Made by a program: the position numbers and the translations under genes
Part shown: positions 37,846 to 46,476 of the stretch, one piece after another
Layout of the letters: every line of letters begins with the position of its first letter
Position numbering within the stretch: position 1 is the stretch's first letter
Origin: an uncultured Pirellulales bacterium
GTDB lineage: Bacteria > Planctomycetota > Phycisphaerae > Sedimentisphaerales > Anaerobacaceae
Length of the DNA stretch: 64,000 nt
Direction: 5' to 3'
Assembly (NCBI GenBank): GCA_964598225.1
Contig: CAZRBG010000013.1
Coordinates: forward strand, 7,903 to 71,902
The notes under the pieces: model-generated
Told to the model about the DNA's origin: nothing
Database searches by the model: none
What the model saw: only the letters and a program-made list of their open reading frames with translations

Positions 37846-38258
37846 AGACAGAGGTCGGCTTCAAAGATCGGTCCAATTACCAGCAGTGCGGCCATTTGCG
37901 CCACCCGGTCCCGAATCGCCGGCATGCCGAGCGGCCGCTGGCCGCCGCCGTTGCTCTTGGGGATCCATACACGAAGGAGGCGCAACGAAACGTAGATTTT
38001 GTTTCGCAACTCCTCCTGCAGCTTTGCCAATCACGGCCCCACACCTTCAGTTTCGATCTAGTCGAATGTAACTCGGTCCACACCCGGTGCACCACTGTTG
38101 GCACGACAATGTTTATACGCCTGCCAGAGCACACCTCGACGGTAGACCTTGTCCCAAAGACTGTAGAAACGATAGTTGGGTTCGGCTTTGGCTTTTGCCT
38201 GTAACGCCTTCTGCAGCTTCTGAACTGTTTTAAGCAGAGTTGGTAGACTCATCGTCAA
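37842..38258 (-). pseudogene. group II intron reverse transcriptase/maturase, truncated and with two in-frame stops
   Basis: [96 protein letters not shown]. The two track ORFs are in the same frame. Similarity ends about 10 nt from the fucosidase stop. Confidence 0.8.
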
Positions 38259-38752
38259 TCCCTGCGGCTCTTGCCGCTTCCATGCGTTTATTCTAAAGTA
38301 GGGCCCCTTTCCTCGACCTCCATTACGAGGCGTCTATGGTACTACGGGCCCATCCGCCATCTGCCTGGGCCGCCACCGGCCCTCACGGGTTTGGCGTTGG
38401 CTCTGTAGGCACCCTGGCAGACTTCCCTTGTTGAACATCAAATCTGTCCCATGCGTGCTGCCACCAATACCCCGGCAGAACCGCAGGATGCGTTTCTCAC
38501 CTCTTCTCCTGCGACGACGGCCTTCCCTGTTGTTGTGGCGGGTCGGCTTCTGCGGCAACGTTTTCAGGGCCTGCTCGGTGTTCACTGCGCGTTGCGGCCT
38601 GCATGGCCTGCTGACTCCCTAGAGGAGCCTTTTCTTGGAGTGCTTCAGCCCATTTGTCACCTCCTGATCCGCCCCAAGTACTTCCGGCTGGGACGAGCAC
38701 GGCCGGTCGGGATTTCCACCGGAGGATTCAATGTGCCTTGCAAGGCACACAC
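37846..38752 (-). mobile_element. group II intron remnant (5' RNA domains plus the first ~125 codons of the RT)
   Basis: The RT N-terminus is recognisable. About 490 nt of GC-rich structured sequence lies upstream of the RT start on the minus strand. A GTGTG (GUGYG-type) candidate 5' end sits near 38746-38752. The 3' two-thirds (rest of RT, domains V/VI) are absent. Confidence 0.6.
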
Positions 38753-38878
38753 AACAAGGACGATTACCCCGACAAATCAGCTTGTCAGCAACGGAGATTT
38801 GATCCGAGTGTGCTGTTTTCACAGAACTGTTGACGAATGTTTTGTCCTTGTCAATTAACGATTTATGAGGTTGGCTGA

Positions 38879-38956
38879 GATGCAATAGAGAGACGACCAA
38901 GCGTCAAAAAAGCGCTTCTGTTGCAAATTCTGTTGCAGATTGCAGGCCCAGGTTAA
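38879..38956 (+). pseudogene. possible C-terminal tail remnant of a second tyrosine integrase
   Basis: Translates to DAIERRPSVKKALLLQILLQIAGPG*, which aligns with DLVDRARQATARGLCKNLLQNCCSG of the integrase tail at 61.8 kb. There is also a DNA match: TCTGTTGCAAA..CTGTTGCAG. Confidence 0.3.
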
Positions 38957-39005
38957 TCCATTTAACTAACCCAAGTTACGGAGTTGTAGGAAAGTAAAAA
39001 AATAT

Positions 39006-39029
39006 GGTTCATTCGGTTAATGCGTAGGT
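39006..39029. repeat. solo MITE left-end fragment
   Basis: GGTTCATTCGGTTAATGCGTAGGT matches 23 of 24 nt of the MITE left end. Similarity stops after it. Confidence 0.6.
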
Positions 39030-39058
39030 TGACTTAGCGCTGCTGAATGCATCTCATT

Positions 39059-39442
39059 TTAGCGAAGCAACACCCATCTAATCCCTGCCTCTCTGAAGAC
39101 AGATACCTTGAGTATGCCATAGTGGTCGAATGCCAAATGCATAGTCAGGCGAATTCCGAGTACAACTATTACTGCTGTTCCTGAAAATATTGCGATCATT
39201 ATTGCAATTTGGTACTTGATTGCCGTCATTGGTTCGGCCCCACCGAGGATAACGCCGGTCATCATTCCCGGTAGCGATACCAATCCGATAGTTGCCATGG
39301 TAGCTACAGAAGGCGCCAGCGCCGCCTGACAAGCTTCGGTTACGAAAGGACGGACGGCTTCATGCAGCAGAGCGCCCAGAGGCAGGGCTAACAGAAGATA
39401 AAATAGAGTAAGCTGCCAAAGAGCGATATCCTGAACGTTCAT
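39059..39442 (-). CDS. FetB/YbbM-like ABC permease, apparently internally shortened
   Basis: 127 aa. The C-terminal ~95 aa match the FetB end as I recall it (GLVSLPGMMTGVILGG..AIKYQI). The N-terminus has one TM; the central TM segments expected for a ~260-aa FetB are missing. ATGA overlap with the upstream ATPase gene. Confidence 0.55.
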   Translation of the reverse strand: MNVQDIALWQLTLFYLLLALPLGALLHEAVRPFVTEACQAALAPSVATMATIGLVSLPGMMTGVILGGAEPMTAIKYQIAIMIAIFSGTAVIVVLGIRLTMHLAFDHYGILKVSVFREAGIRWVLLR

Positions 39443-40101
39443 CCCTGCCCTACTTCGCCGTGGTTTTTCAGTTGCACTATATTGTCGCTAAATGCGAAGC
39501 TGTCGATGTCATGGGTTACCACCAGGGTTGTAAGATTAGTTTGTGAACGCAGGTGCTCTCCAAGGACTCTCTTGCTTCGCACGTCAAGCGCTGATGTGGG
39601 TTCATCCAACAACAGAATGGGTCGATCCAGGAGGATCGCCACGATCAGCGCAATTCTCTGTTTCTCGCCGCCTGAGAGCTTCAAGACACCCTTGTCGAGT
39701 AAGTCATCGTCGAGGCCGAACAAGTCCATAAGACCAGTAAGTTTGTCAAGGTTATCTCTCAAATGGATGTTTGCGCGGTAATGAAACGGTCTCTTAACAT
39801 TCTGACGCACAGTTCCCCAGGCGAGATCAGGTTCCTGCGCCACATAAGCGATTTTCCGCCTAAGGTACCAGACTGTTGTCGACGTAAGATATTTGTCGGT
39901 AACGGCTATTGAGCCGGTTTCAGGGATTACCAGGCCGAGGAAACACTTCAAGATTGTAGATTTGCCACAGCCGGATGGACCTGTAACGAGGACTTTCTGC
40001 CCTGTTGCGATTTCAAGCGAAAAACTCTCCAGAACTTTACTGCCATCGAAAGTCAAGGATACATTCTCGGCTTTTAACGCGGTTTCGCTGGAATTATCCA
40101 T
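39439..40101 (-). CDS. ABC transporter ATP-binding protein (FetA/YbbL-like)
   Basis: Walker A GPSGCGKST, signature LSGGEKQR, Walker B LLLDEPTSALD. Confidence 0.85.
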   Translation of the reverse strand: MDNSSETALKAENVSLTFDGSKVLESFSLEIATGQKVLVTGPSGCGKSTILKCFLGLVIPETGSIAVTDKYLTSTTVWYLRRKIAYVAQEPDLAWGTVRQNVKRPFHYRANIHLRDNLDKLTGLMDLFGLDDDLLDKGVLKLSGGEKQRIALIVAILLDRPILLLDEPTSALDVRSKRVLGEHLRSQTNLTTLVVTHDIDSFAFSDNIVQLKNHGEVGQG

Positions 40102-40361
40102 GATAAGCAGTATCGTCGGTTATGACCTTCTCGTCAAGAGCGATTGAGTCCGGACCGAATTCCTACAATAAAGATTTGCTCGCATGTATTACAGCTAAAG
40201 AGCATCCGTTTGCAAAGTACGTATGTAGTCGGCCGAGAGGACCCGACCCTTACGGCAATAATGTCGGGTAAAAAGCATACAAATTTCTAACCAAAACCTA
40301 ACATTGCGCTAACACTCGAAGACAATAATGTTTGAAAAACTGAGCATAGACAGGATCGATC

Positions 40362-41045
40362 ATGAGCAGAGAGCAAATTCTTGTAGTGGATGACGAAGAA
40401 GATATCCTCGAACTGGTTCGGTATAATTTTGACAGAAACGGCTATCAGATTGAGACAGCCACTTCGGCTGAGGAAGCCCTCGCGAAGATAAGAAGGAAAA
40501 CGCCCGACCTTATAATCCTCGATTTGATGCTTCCGGACATTGACGGATTGGAAGTTTGCAAAAGACTCAAACGCGACACCAAAACTCAGCATGTTCCAAT
40601 TTTAATATTGACAGCAAAAAGCGAAGAGGCCGATATTGTTACCGGCCTTGAACTTGGCGCCGAAGATTATGTTGCCAAACCATTCCGCCCGAAGGTCTTG
40701 ATCGCAAGAGCGCGCAGGCTTCTGCGAAGAGCCGTTAGTCAAGACCTGGAAAGGCCGCCGGTAACAATACGGGATTTGGCTATAGATCCCGCACGCCGTG
40801 AAGTTATTGTCAAAGGAACTCCAGTACACCTCACCTTCACGGAGTTCAACATTCTCTACACTATGGCGAAGCAGCCTGGATTGGTCTTCACAAGATATGA
40901 CATCGTAGATAAGGTGCATGGCGAAGACTACCTTGTTACGGAGCGGGCGATCGACGTGCAAATAGTATCTTTGCGTCGCAAGCTCGGTTCCTGCGGCAAC
41001 TATATTGAGACGGTAAGAGGTGTTGGTTATCGTTTCAGGGACTGA
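40362..41045 (+). CDS. OmpR/PhoB-family response regulator
   Basis: Receiver domain (VVDDEEDI.., DLIILDLMLPDIDG, AKPF) plus a winged-helix output (LTFTEFNILY.., TVRGVGYRF). No histidine kinase is adjacent. Confidence 0.92.
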   Translation: MSREQILVVDDEEDILELVRYNFDRNGYQIETATSAEEALAKIRRKTPDLIILDLMLPDIDGLEVCKRLKRDTKTQHVPILILTAKSEEADIVTGLELGAEDYVAKPFRPKVLIARARRLLRRAVSQDLERPPVTIRDLAIDPARREVIVKGTPVHLTFTEFNILYTMAKQPGLVFTRYDIVDKVHGEDYLVTERAIDVQIVSLRRKLGSCGNYIETVRGVGYRFRD

Positions 41046-41051
41046 TTGACA

Positions 41052-41122
41052 GTGTGACGGTTTGACTGTTTGACGGTTGCGCCGCCACACCGCCACACCA
41101 CCACAGCGTCGCACCGTCACAC
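41052..41122 (+). other. long imperfect hairpin downstream of the response regulator
   Basis: GTGTGACGGT (41052-41061) pairs perfectly with ACCGTCACAC (41113-41122). The GT-rich left arm faces a CA-rich right arm. No U-tail. Confidence 0.35.
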
Positions 41123-41312
41123 CGTTTAAGATGAGGCTGCAATTTTTATATGAAACTCATTGCGTCCTCATAAGCACCTAACAAAATTCCCTATGATTGC
41201 ATTTAAGTGATTCGAGAGAATCATAGTGAACCCATAAGGATTTATGTCTTGGTAAATGCAAAAATAAGGAATTAATTCAGTTGTCACTTTCAATTTAGAT
41301 GGAGGTATCGAC

Positions 41313-42125
41313 ATGGCTAAGAGTATGGAGACACGCAAATCGAAAGCTTTTACTCTGATAGAGCTTTTGGTAGTAATCGCTATTATTGCGGTACTGATGG
41401 GAGTATTGATGCCCGCTATGCGAAAGATCAAAGAAATAGCGAGAGAAACAATCTGCAGATCGAATCTTAGGAACGTGGGATTGGCCGTGGCTTTGTATTT
41501 GGATGACTACGATCGCAAGATCCCTGACACCGGCAGTTCGAATGGATTCTTGTGGGTTGATGAAGATGGCGATTTCCGCAAACCCGGCTCTGGAGGCGGC
41601 ACTTATTGGGGCACCTTCTATCAGGATTATATCAAGGAGACAAAGATATTTGGGTGCCCGAGCCTTCAGCGAGTTCCGCGATTAATATACAATTATGACA
41701 ACTTTCCCGACCCATCGGAGCTTATTCAGCATGCTGCGTTCGGCCTCAATCATCACATGAGAGCCAGAGGCCGTAATACGAACACCATATTCAGGCTTTC
41801 GGAGTTTATCTATTGTCTGGACCATGCCGAGCCGAGGCCGGACGGCAGCAGCAGCGATTGCCTTCATAACAACGACACGCCCGGCAAAATGAATCTGACG
41901 AGTTACCGCGAAGGCGGCGGCCGCTCATTCAGCTACAGACAAATCTTCAGGCACAATATCAGATTCCCGGATCCTTACAAAACGGGAGGGAGAACCAACG
42001 TTCTATGGCTGGACGGGCACGTGAGTCCCATTGAAGAAACCACAGGAGATGATGTTCCGTCAAGATGGTACACGGGCGATAGACCCAAGCAAACAAGCAC
42101 AAGTCTGGCAAGCGCTCGCAACTGA
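41313..42125 (+). CDS. prepilin-type N-terminal cleavage/methylation domain protein (H-X9-DG / DUF1559-like pseudopilin)
   Basis: [26 protein letters not shown]; C-terminal HNIRF..GGRTNVLWLDGHV. RBS GGAGG. Confidence 0.85.
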   Translation: MAKSMETRKSKAFTLIELLVVIAIIAVLMGVLMPAMRKIKEIARETICRSNLRNVGLAVALYLDDYDRKIPDTGSSNGFLWVDEDGDFRKPGSGGGTYWGTFYQDYIKETKIFGCPSLQRVPRLIYNYDNFPDPSELIQHAAFGLNHHMRARGRNTNTIFRLSEFIYCLDHAEPRPDGSSSDCLHNNDTPGKMNLTSYREGGGRSFSYRQIFRHNIRFPDPYKTGGRTNVLWLDGHVSPIEETTGDDVPSRWYTGDRPKQTSTSLASARN

Positions 42126-42608
42126 ATCGATCCCACTCAAGAATTCTTGAGAAAAGAAGTATCTGACGTAGCAGAGAAATGACAATCATTCAAATAAGGA
42201 AAGGAGGTAAGCTGCAAAATTAACTTGTCAGAATCCCCTATATGGATATGGAATCCTCGGGGCAAGCTAAATAGCATCAAATATAGAGACACATCTGTTT
42301 CTGATGTATAGAGGATGAAAAGCTCTGACCTTGTCGCGATTCAAATGAAAGAGGCAGGCAGGCGGTCAACCTGGAAAGCGATCCGCCGGCCCACCGAAGT
42401 CCGGATGAGGATAGTTTATCCTCTTGTCCGATCAGTCTCTATTCTATCATTTCGACCGGTTTTGGTGCAACAAATTTAGCGGTATTGTCCAAATTCGCTG
42501 TCCTGTGTAGTGGGATTCAAATCAGTCTCTGTCGGAGAATATGACAGAAAGAACGTGGAAAACTAATGGAACGAAAAATGAAGAGAATAGTTTAGCTTAA
42601 GGAGTATT

Positions 42609-45386
42609 ATGATGTGTAAAAAAGTATCCTATTTTGTTTGTCTTGCCCTCGTGTTTGCCCTGGTCGGCGCCAATGTAGTGCTGGGTGAAATCTGGGAGGG
42701 CGTAGTCAAAAGCACAGACGATGCCGTCGAGGATCAACTCACCAGAGGTATGTATTCGAGCAGCAGCGATCTGGAGCTCCCGTATGACGGCGGTATACAG
42801 GTAATCGGCCTGCGTTTTTCGAGTGTAGGTGTGCCGGCGGGCGCCTCAATTGACAGCGCGTACATCGAATTCACCGTGGATGAGGTTGAAAACGATCTGG
42901 CCGTTAACCTCGTTATAGATGGTGAATTGAAAGTAAATCCCGCCAAATTTGGCAGCACCGGTTTTGACGTTGCCAACAGAGAAAGAACCAATGCTAAGGC
43001 ATTCTGGTCGCCGGAACATTTCCCGACGATAGGCGGAAAGCATCAGTCCTCAGATATTTCCGATGTTATCGAGGAAATCGTCAACCAACCCGGCTGGTAC
43101 AGCGGCGCCGACCTGGTGATAATCATCAGCGACAATCCGGACAATCCGTCTCTGGGCCTTCGGACTGTCGAGACCGGTAGGGGAGACGCTTCTTCGCCCA
43201 AATTGCATGTTGAATGGTCGCTGGGAAATGCCCGCACTCCATCCCCGGCCAACGGGCAGACGGAAGTCTCCATAGACACAGACCTTAGCTGGCAACCAGG
43301 CGTATACGCGGTTGATAACAATCCCCACACGCTTTACTTTGGCGAGAACGCAGAAGAAGTCGAGAACGGCGCGGGCGGCATTACCCAGAGTGAATCCAGC
43401 TACGATCCGGGACGGCTCAATTACGGTACGACATACTACTGGCGCGTCCGAGAGAAGAACGGCCCGCCGGACAATGGCTTCAACGAGGGTAACATCTGGA
43501 GTTTCAGAACCGAATATTTCTCTTATCCTGTTGACGGCGATAATATAATCGCCAGTGCATCCAGCAAAGGCCAGGGCTCTTTTGGCCCTGAGAACACCGT
43601 CAACGGTTCGGGACTGGATGAGAACGATCAGCACTCAACAGATCCAGTGGACATGTGGCTCAGCAGCAGTGAGCCTGACGGTGGAGCCTGGATACAGTAC
43701 GAATTCGATAAGGTCTACAAACTGGACAAGATGTGGGTCTGGAACTCCAATCAGGTGTCTGAGGAAATCTTTGGCCTGGGATTGAAAGACGTTACCATTG
43801 AGTATTCGACCGATGGAGCCGACTGGACAGTACTGGCCAATGCACCTGAATTTGCCAAAGCAACGGGATCGAGTGATTACGAATACAATACCACTGTTGA
43901 CTTTGGCGGAGAGCCGACAAAATACGTTAAGCTTACTCCAAACAGCAATTGGAAAGACCTCCTGCCCCAGTATAGTCTCAGTGAAGTACGCTTTTTCTAC
44001 GTTCCTGTCGGCGCGTCAGAACCGTCCCCGGAAGTCGGGGCCACTGACGTGGATGCCAGAGTAGACCTTGGCTGGCGACCAGGAAGAGAAGCAGTAACAC
44101 ATAATGTATATGTAAGTGCCGACGAACAGTCCGTAATTGATGGCACCGCGTCGATGACCAGTGTCAATGAGGCGATGTACGGTCCCGATGACCTGACTTT
44201 GAGCACGGGATACTACTGGAAGGTCGTCGAGGTTAACGAGGCCGAGACCCCCGGCACTTGGGAAAGCGGTGTCTGGAACTTCACAGTAAGCGACGAGGTT
44301 ATCGTGGACGATTTTGAGTCTTACAACGATATCGATCCGCCCTCACCGGAGAGTCACAGGATATTTGAGACCTGGATTGACGGTTTCCAGGTCCCGACAA
44401 ACGGAGCGCTCGTTGGATATGATCCTCCTCAACCTTCTTATACAGAGCAATCGATCGTACGCGGCGGAAGGCAGTCCGTACCGCTGTTCTACAGCAACAC
44501 CAACGGCGCAATATCCTCGGAAATCAAGCGCACTTTTGAAACTCCACAGGATTGGACAAAGCACGGTGTAACGACACTGGTGGTATGGTTCCAGGGAACG
44601 GCCGGAAACACCGGTCAGATGTTCGCAAAGATCAACGGGACCAATATTCCGAACGATGGCTCGGCCGCTAACGTAAGAGTGCAGGGATGGCAGGCATGGA
44701 GTATCGATCTTGCATCATCAGGTGCAAATCTCCAGAGTGTTAACAGCCTGAGCATGGGAATCGACGGCAATGCTGCCGCCGGTTTGGTGTATATCGATGA
44801 TATCGAACTGGTTGCGACGGCTCCCGAGCCTGTTAATGAGTGGAGAATCATTGACGATAACGACGACGTCGAAGAGGCCGTTAACGGTGGCGGTATGGAC
44901 ATTGGCAGCAGTGACCTCGAAATGCCCTATGAAGACGAGAATCAGGGTAATCCGCAAATAATAGGGCTGCGTTTCGTCGGTGTCCCGATTCCAAAGGGTG
45001 CAACCATTACAGAAGCGTGGGTGCGGTTGCAGGTCGATGAGACAAAAGGCGGCACAGAACCGGTCAATCTTATCATCGAGGGTGAGCTGAGCCCGAGCGC
45101 CGCTGGATTTGCACCGGATACTCTGAATGTTTCCAACAGGCCCCGAACCGCGGCACAAGTAAAGTGGAGCGTGCCGAATTGGACCGCCGTGGGTGACCAG
45201 GGTCCCGACCAGACAACTCCGAGCCTCATCTCCATCATCCAGGAGATAGTCAACCAGGATGGCTGGGCCGGCGGTTCGATAGTGTTGATCTTCAGAGACG
45301 ATCCGGCCAATCCTTCTGCGGGTATTCGATGTGCCGAGGCCGGACAAGGGGACGATGCGGCTTTACTGCATATAAGCTATGAGTAA
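42609..45386 (+). CDS. secreted multidomain lectin-like protein (duplicated terminal domains, YYWRV modules, discoidin-like domain)
   Basis: 925 aa with a signal peptide. The central block NTVNGSGLD..WLSS..GAWIQYEFDKVYKLDKMWVWN is discoidin-like. Modules end in YYWRVRE / YYWKVVE. One domain is shared with the LamG protein C-termini (VIVDDFESYND..WIDGF). Confidence 0.85.
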   Translation: MMCKKVSYFVCLALVFALVGANVVLGEIWEGVVKSTDDAVEDQLTRGMYSSSSDLELPYDGGIQVIGLRFSSVGVPAGASIDSAYIEFTVDEVENDLAVNLVIDGELKVNPAKFGSTGFDVANRERTNAKAFWSPEHFPTIGGKHQSSDISDVIEEIVNQPGWYSGADLVIIISDNPDNPSLGLRTVETGRGDASSPKLHVEWSLGNARTPSPANGQTEVSIDTDLSWQPGVYAVDNNPHTLYFGENAEEVENGAGGITQSESSYDPGRLNYGTTYYWRVREKNGPPDNGFNEGNIWSFRTEYFSYPVDGDNIIASASSKGQGSFGPENTVNGSGLDENDQHSTDPVDMWLSSSEPDGGAWIQYEFDKVYKLDKMWVWNSNQVSEEIFGLGLKDVTIEYSTDGADWTVLANAPEFAKATGSSDYEYNTTVDFGGEPTKYVKLTPNSNWKDLLPQYSLSEVRFFYVPVGASEPSPEVGATDVDARVDLGWRPGREAVTHNVYVSADEQSVIDGTASMTSVNEAMYGPDDLTLSTGYYWKVVEVNEAETPGTWESGVWNFTVSDEVIVDDFESYNDIDPPSPESHRIFETWIDGFQVPTNGALVGYDPPQPSYTEQSIVRGGRQSVPLFYSNTNGAISSEIKRTFETPQDWTKHGVTTLVVWFQGTAGNTGQMFAKINGTNIPNDGSAANVRVQGWQAWSIDLASSGANLQSVNSLSMGIDGNAAAGLVYIDDIELVATAPEPVNEWRIIDDNDDVEEAVNGGGMDIGSSDLEMPYEDENQGNPQIIGLRFVGVPIPKGATITEAWVRLQVDETKGGTEPVNLIIEGELSPSAAGFAPDTLNVSNRPRTAAQVKWSVPNWTAVGDQGPDQTTPSLISIIQEIVNQDGWAGGSIVLIFRDDPANPSAGIRCAEAGQGDDAALLHISYE

Positions 45387-45449
45387 TGTTGCGTAGGGAG
45401 CCGACCTAGCCGGGTAGAAACCAACTCGACCGCAGGCTGGAATTTACAC

Positions 45450-45510
45450 GGGGTCTGTATCTCCCTCAAGGGATGCCTTAGGCGGAGCACGTCGGTACAG
45501 ACCCCCTTTT
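45450..45510 (+). terminator. Rho-independent terminator candidate
   Basis: GGGGTCTGTA (45450-45459) pairs with TACAGACCCC (45496-45505) and is followed by CTTTT. Long structured loop. Confidence 0.55.
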
Positions 45511-45681
45511 CCTGATTCTCAGGATTCGCAATCCTCAGCAAAGACTATCAAAATCGCCGGAATCAGCTTAGAACCACGGAGCTTTAAATTAATATGCTTT
45601 TGATCGAATGCTCACAAATTTCAAACAATCCTTCCGTAGAATTATATGTGTGCTTTGACATAAACAGAAAGGACAAGTTTG

Positions 45682-46212
45682 ATGGAAAAAATTCAAAATC
45701 TCTTGTTCATAGTGTATTTGCTGCGGCAACGTGAGCACCAACTGGATGTGTGCTACTACGGCTGTCGTGAAATCTTGATTCCAGACCACAAAACACCCAC
45801 TCACATCAGAGGGATTATAGAATTTGATGGAACGTTTGTCCCCGTGATAGATCCGGGAATATTTTTCGAGAGAAAAGCCACTGTCGTAACAAATTCAGCC
45901 TGTATCCTGGTCATCGAACACATTCATGAATCCCGAACCCGGCGGACGGGGATCATCATTGAAGATATCGACGAGATCATGAATCTCGCGGCCGGAAGCT
46001 ACGGCGGCGGGGCTTTAGTGCCTTCAACAGTCAATATGTCTTTTGTGACGAAGATGCTGGATAAAGCAGCTGCCAACGACCTTCTTTCGGACACTCACTT
46101 CGCATTTGATCTTTATGCAAGAGAAAAGCAGGCTGAAGCGGATTTTGCTCTTTTTCAAAAAATTGCCTCACTATTGATTAATAAACCACTTTCGGAACTT
46201 GCTAAGACTTGA
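45682..46212 (+). CDS. CheW-like domain protein (orphan)
   Basis: IRGIIEFDGTFVPVIDPG and ACILVIEH..RRTGIIIEDIDEIMNL follow the CheW-domain pattern (GvinLRGevvPViDl ... vGllVDaV.eVl). Confidence 0.6.
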   Translation: MEKIQNLLFIVYLLRQREHQLDVCYYGCREILIPDHKTPTHIRGIIEFDGTFVPVIDPGIFFERKATVVTNSACILVIEHIHESRTRRTGIIIEDIDEIMNLAAGSYGGGALVPSTVNMSFVTKMLDKAAANDLLSDTHFAFDLYAREKQAEADFALFQKIASLLINKPLSELAKT

Positions 46213-46476
46213 GAAATTTTGAATGAAAAATGACATTAATAGATTCTTAGTACTTTCTTAATTTTTTCCAAACATTGTTTTTGATAATTGTGCGAGAAGA
46301 TTTTGTTACCGTCATTATCGAAAGTGGAACTTTTAACACGAAAGGAGGATGAATCAGAAAGAATTTCTTTACACGAAAGTCGTTAAATGCTAAAATTATC
46401 AGGGAGAATTGATGAAAAGGGTCACATTATTTTTCTCCCCCAACAACTAACTTTCAACATTAAGGAGTACAGTCAA

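Noticed and set aside
40602-41120. 172-aa minus-strand ORF overlapping the response regulator and the downstream palindrome.
   Set aside because: It is antisense to a confidently assigned regulator gene, and its N-terminus is simply the translated CA/GT-rich palindrome.
46349-46393. 14-codon upstream ORF (MNQKEFLYTKVVKC) preceded by AAAGGAGG, in the AT-rich leader of the beta-helix gene. It is flanked by ACACGAAAG direct repeats.
   Set aside because: The GGAGG ends immediately before the ATG, so the spacing is effectively zero and poor for initiation. There is no supporting conservation. Kept only as a note.
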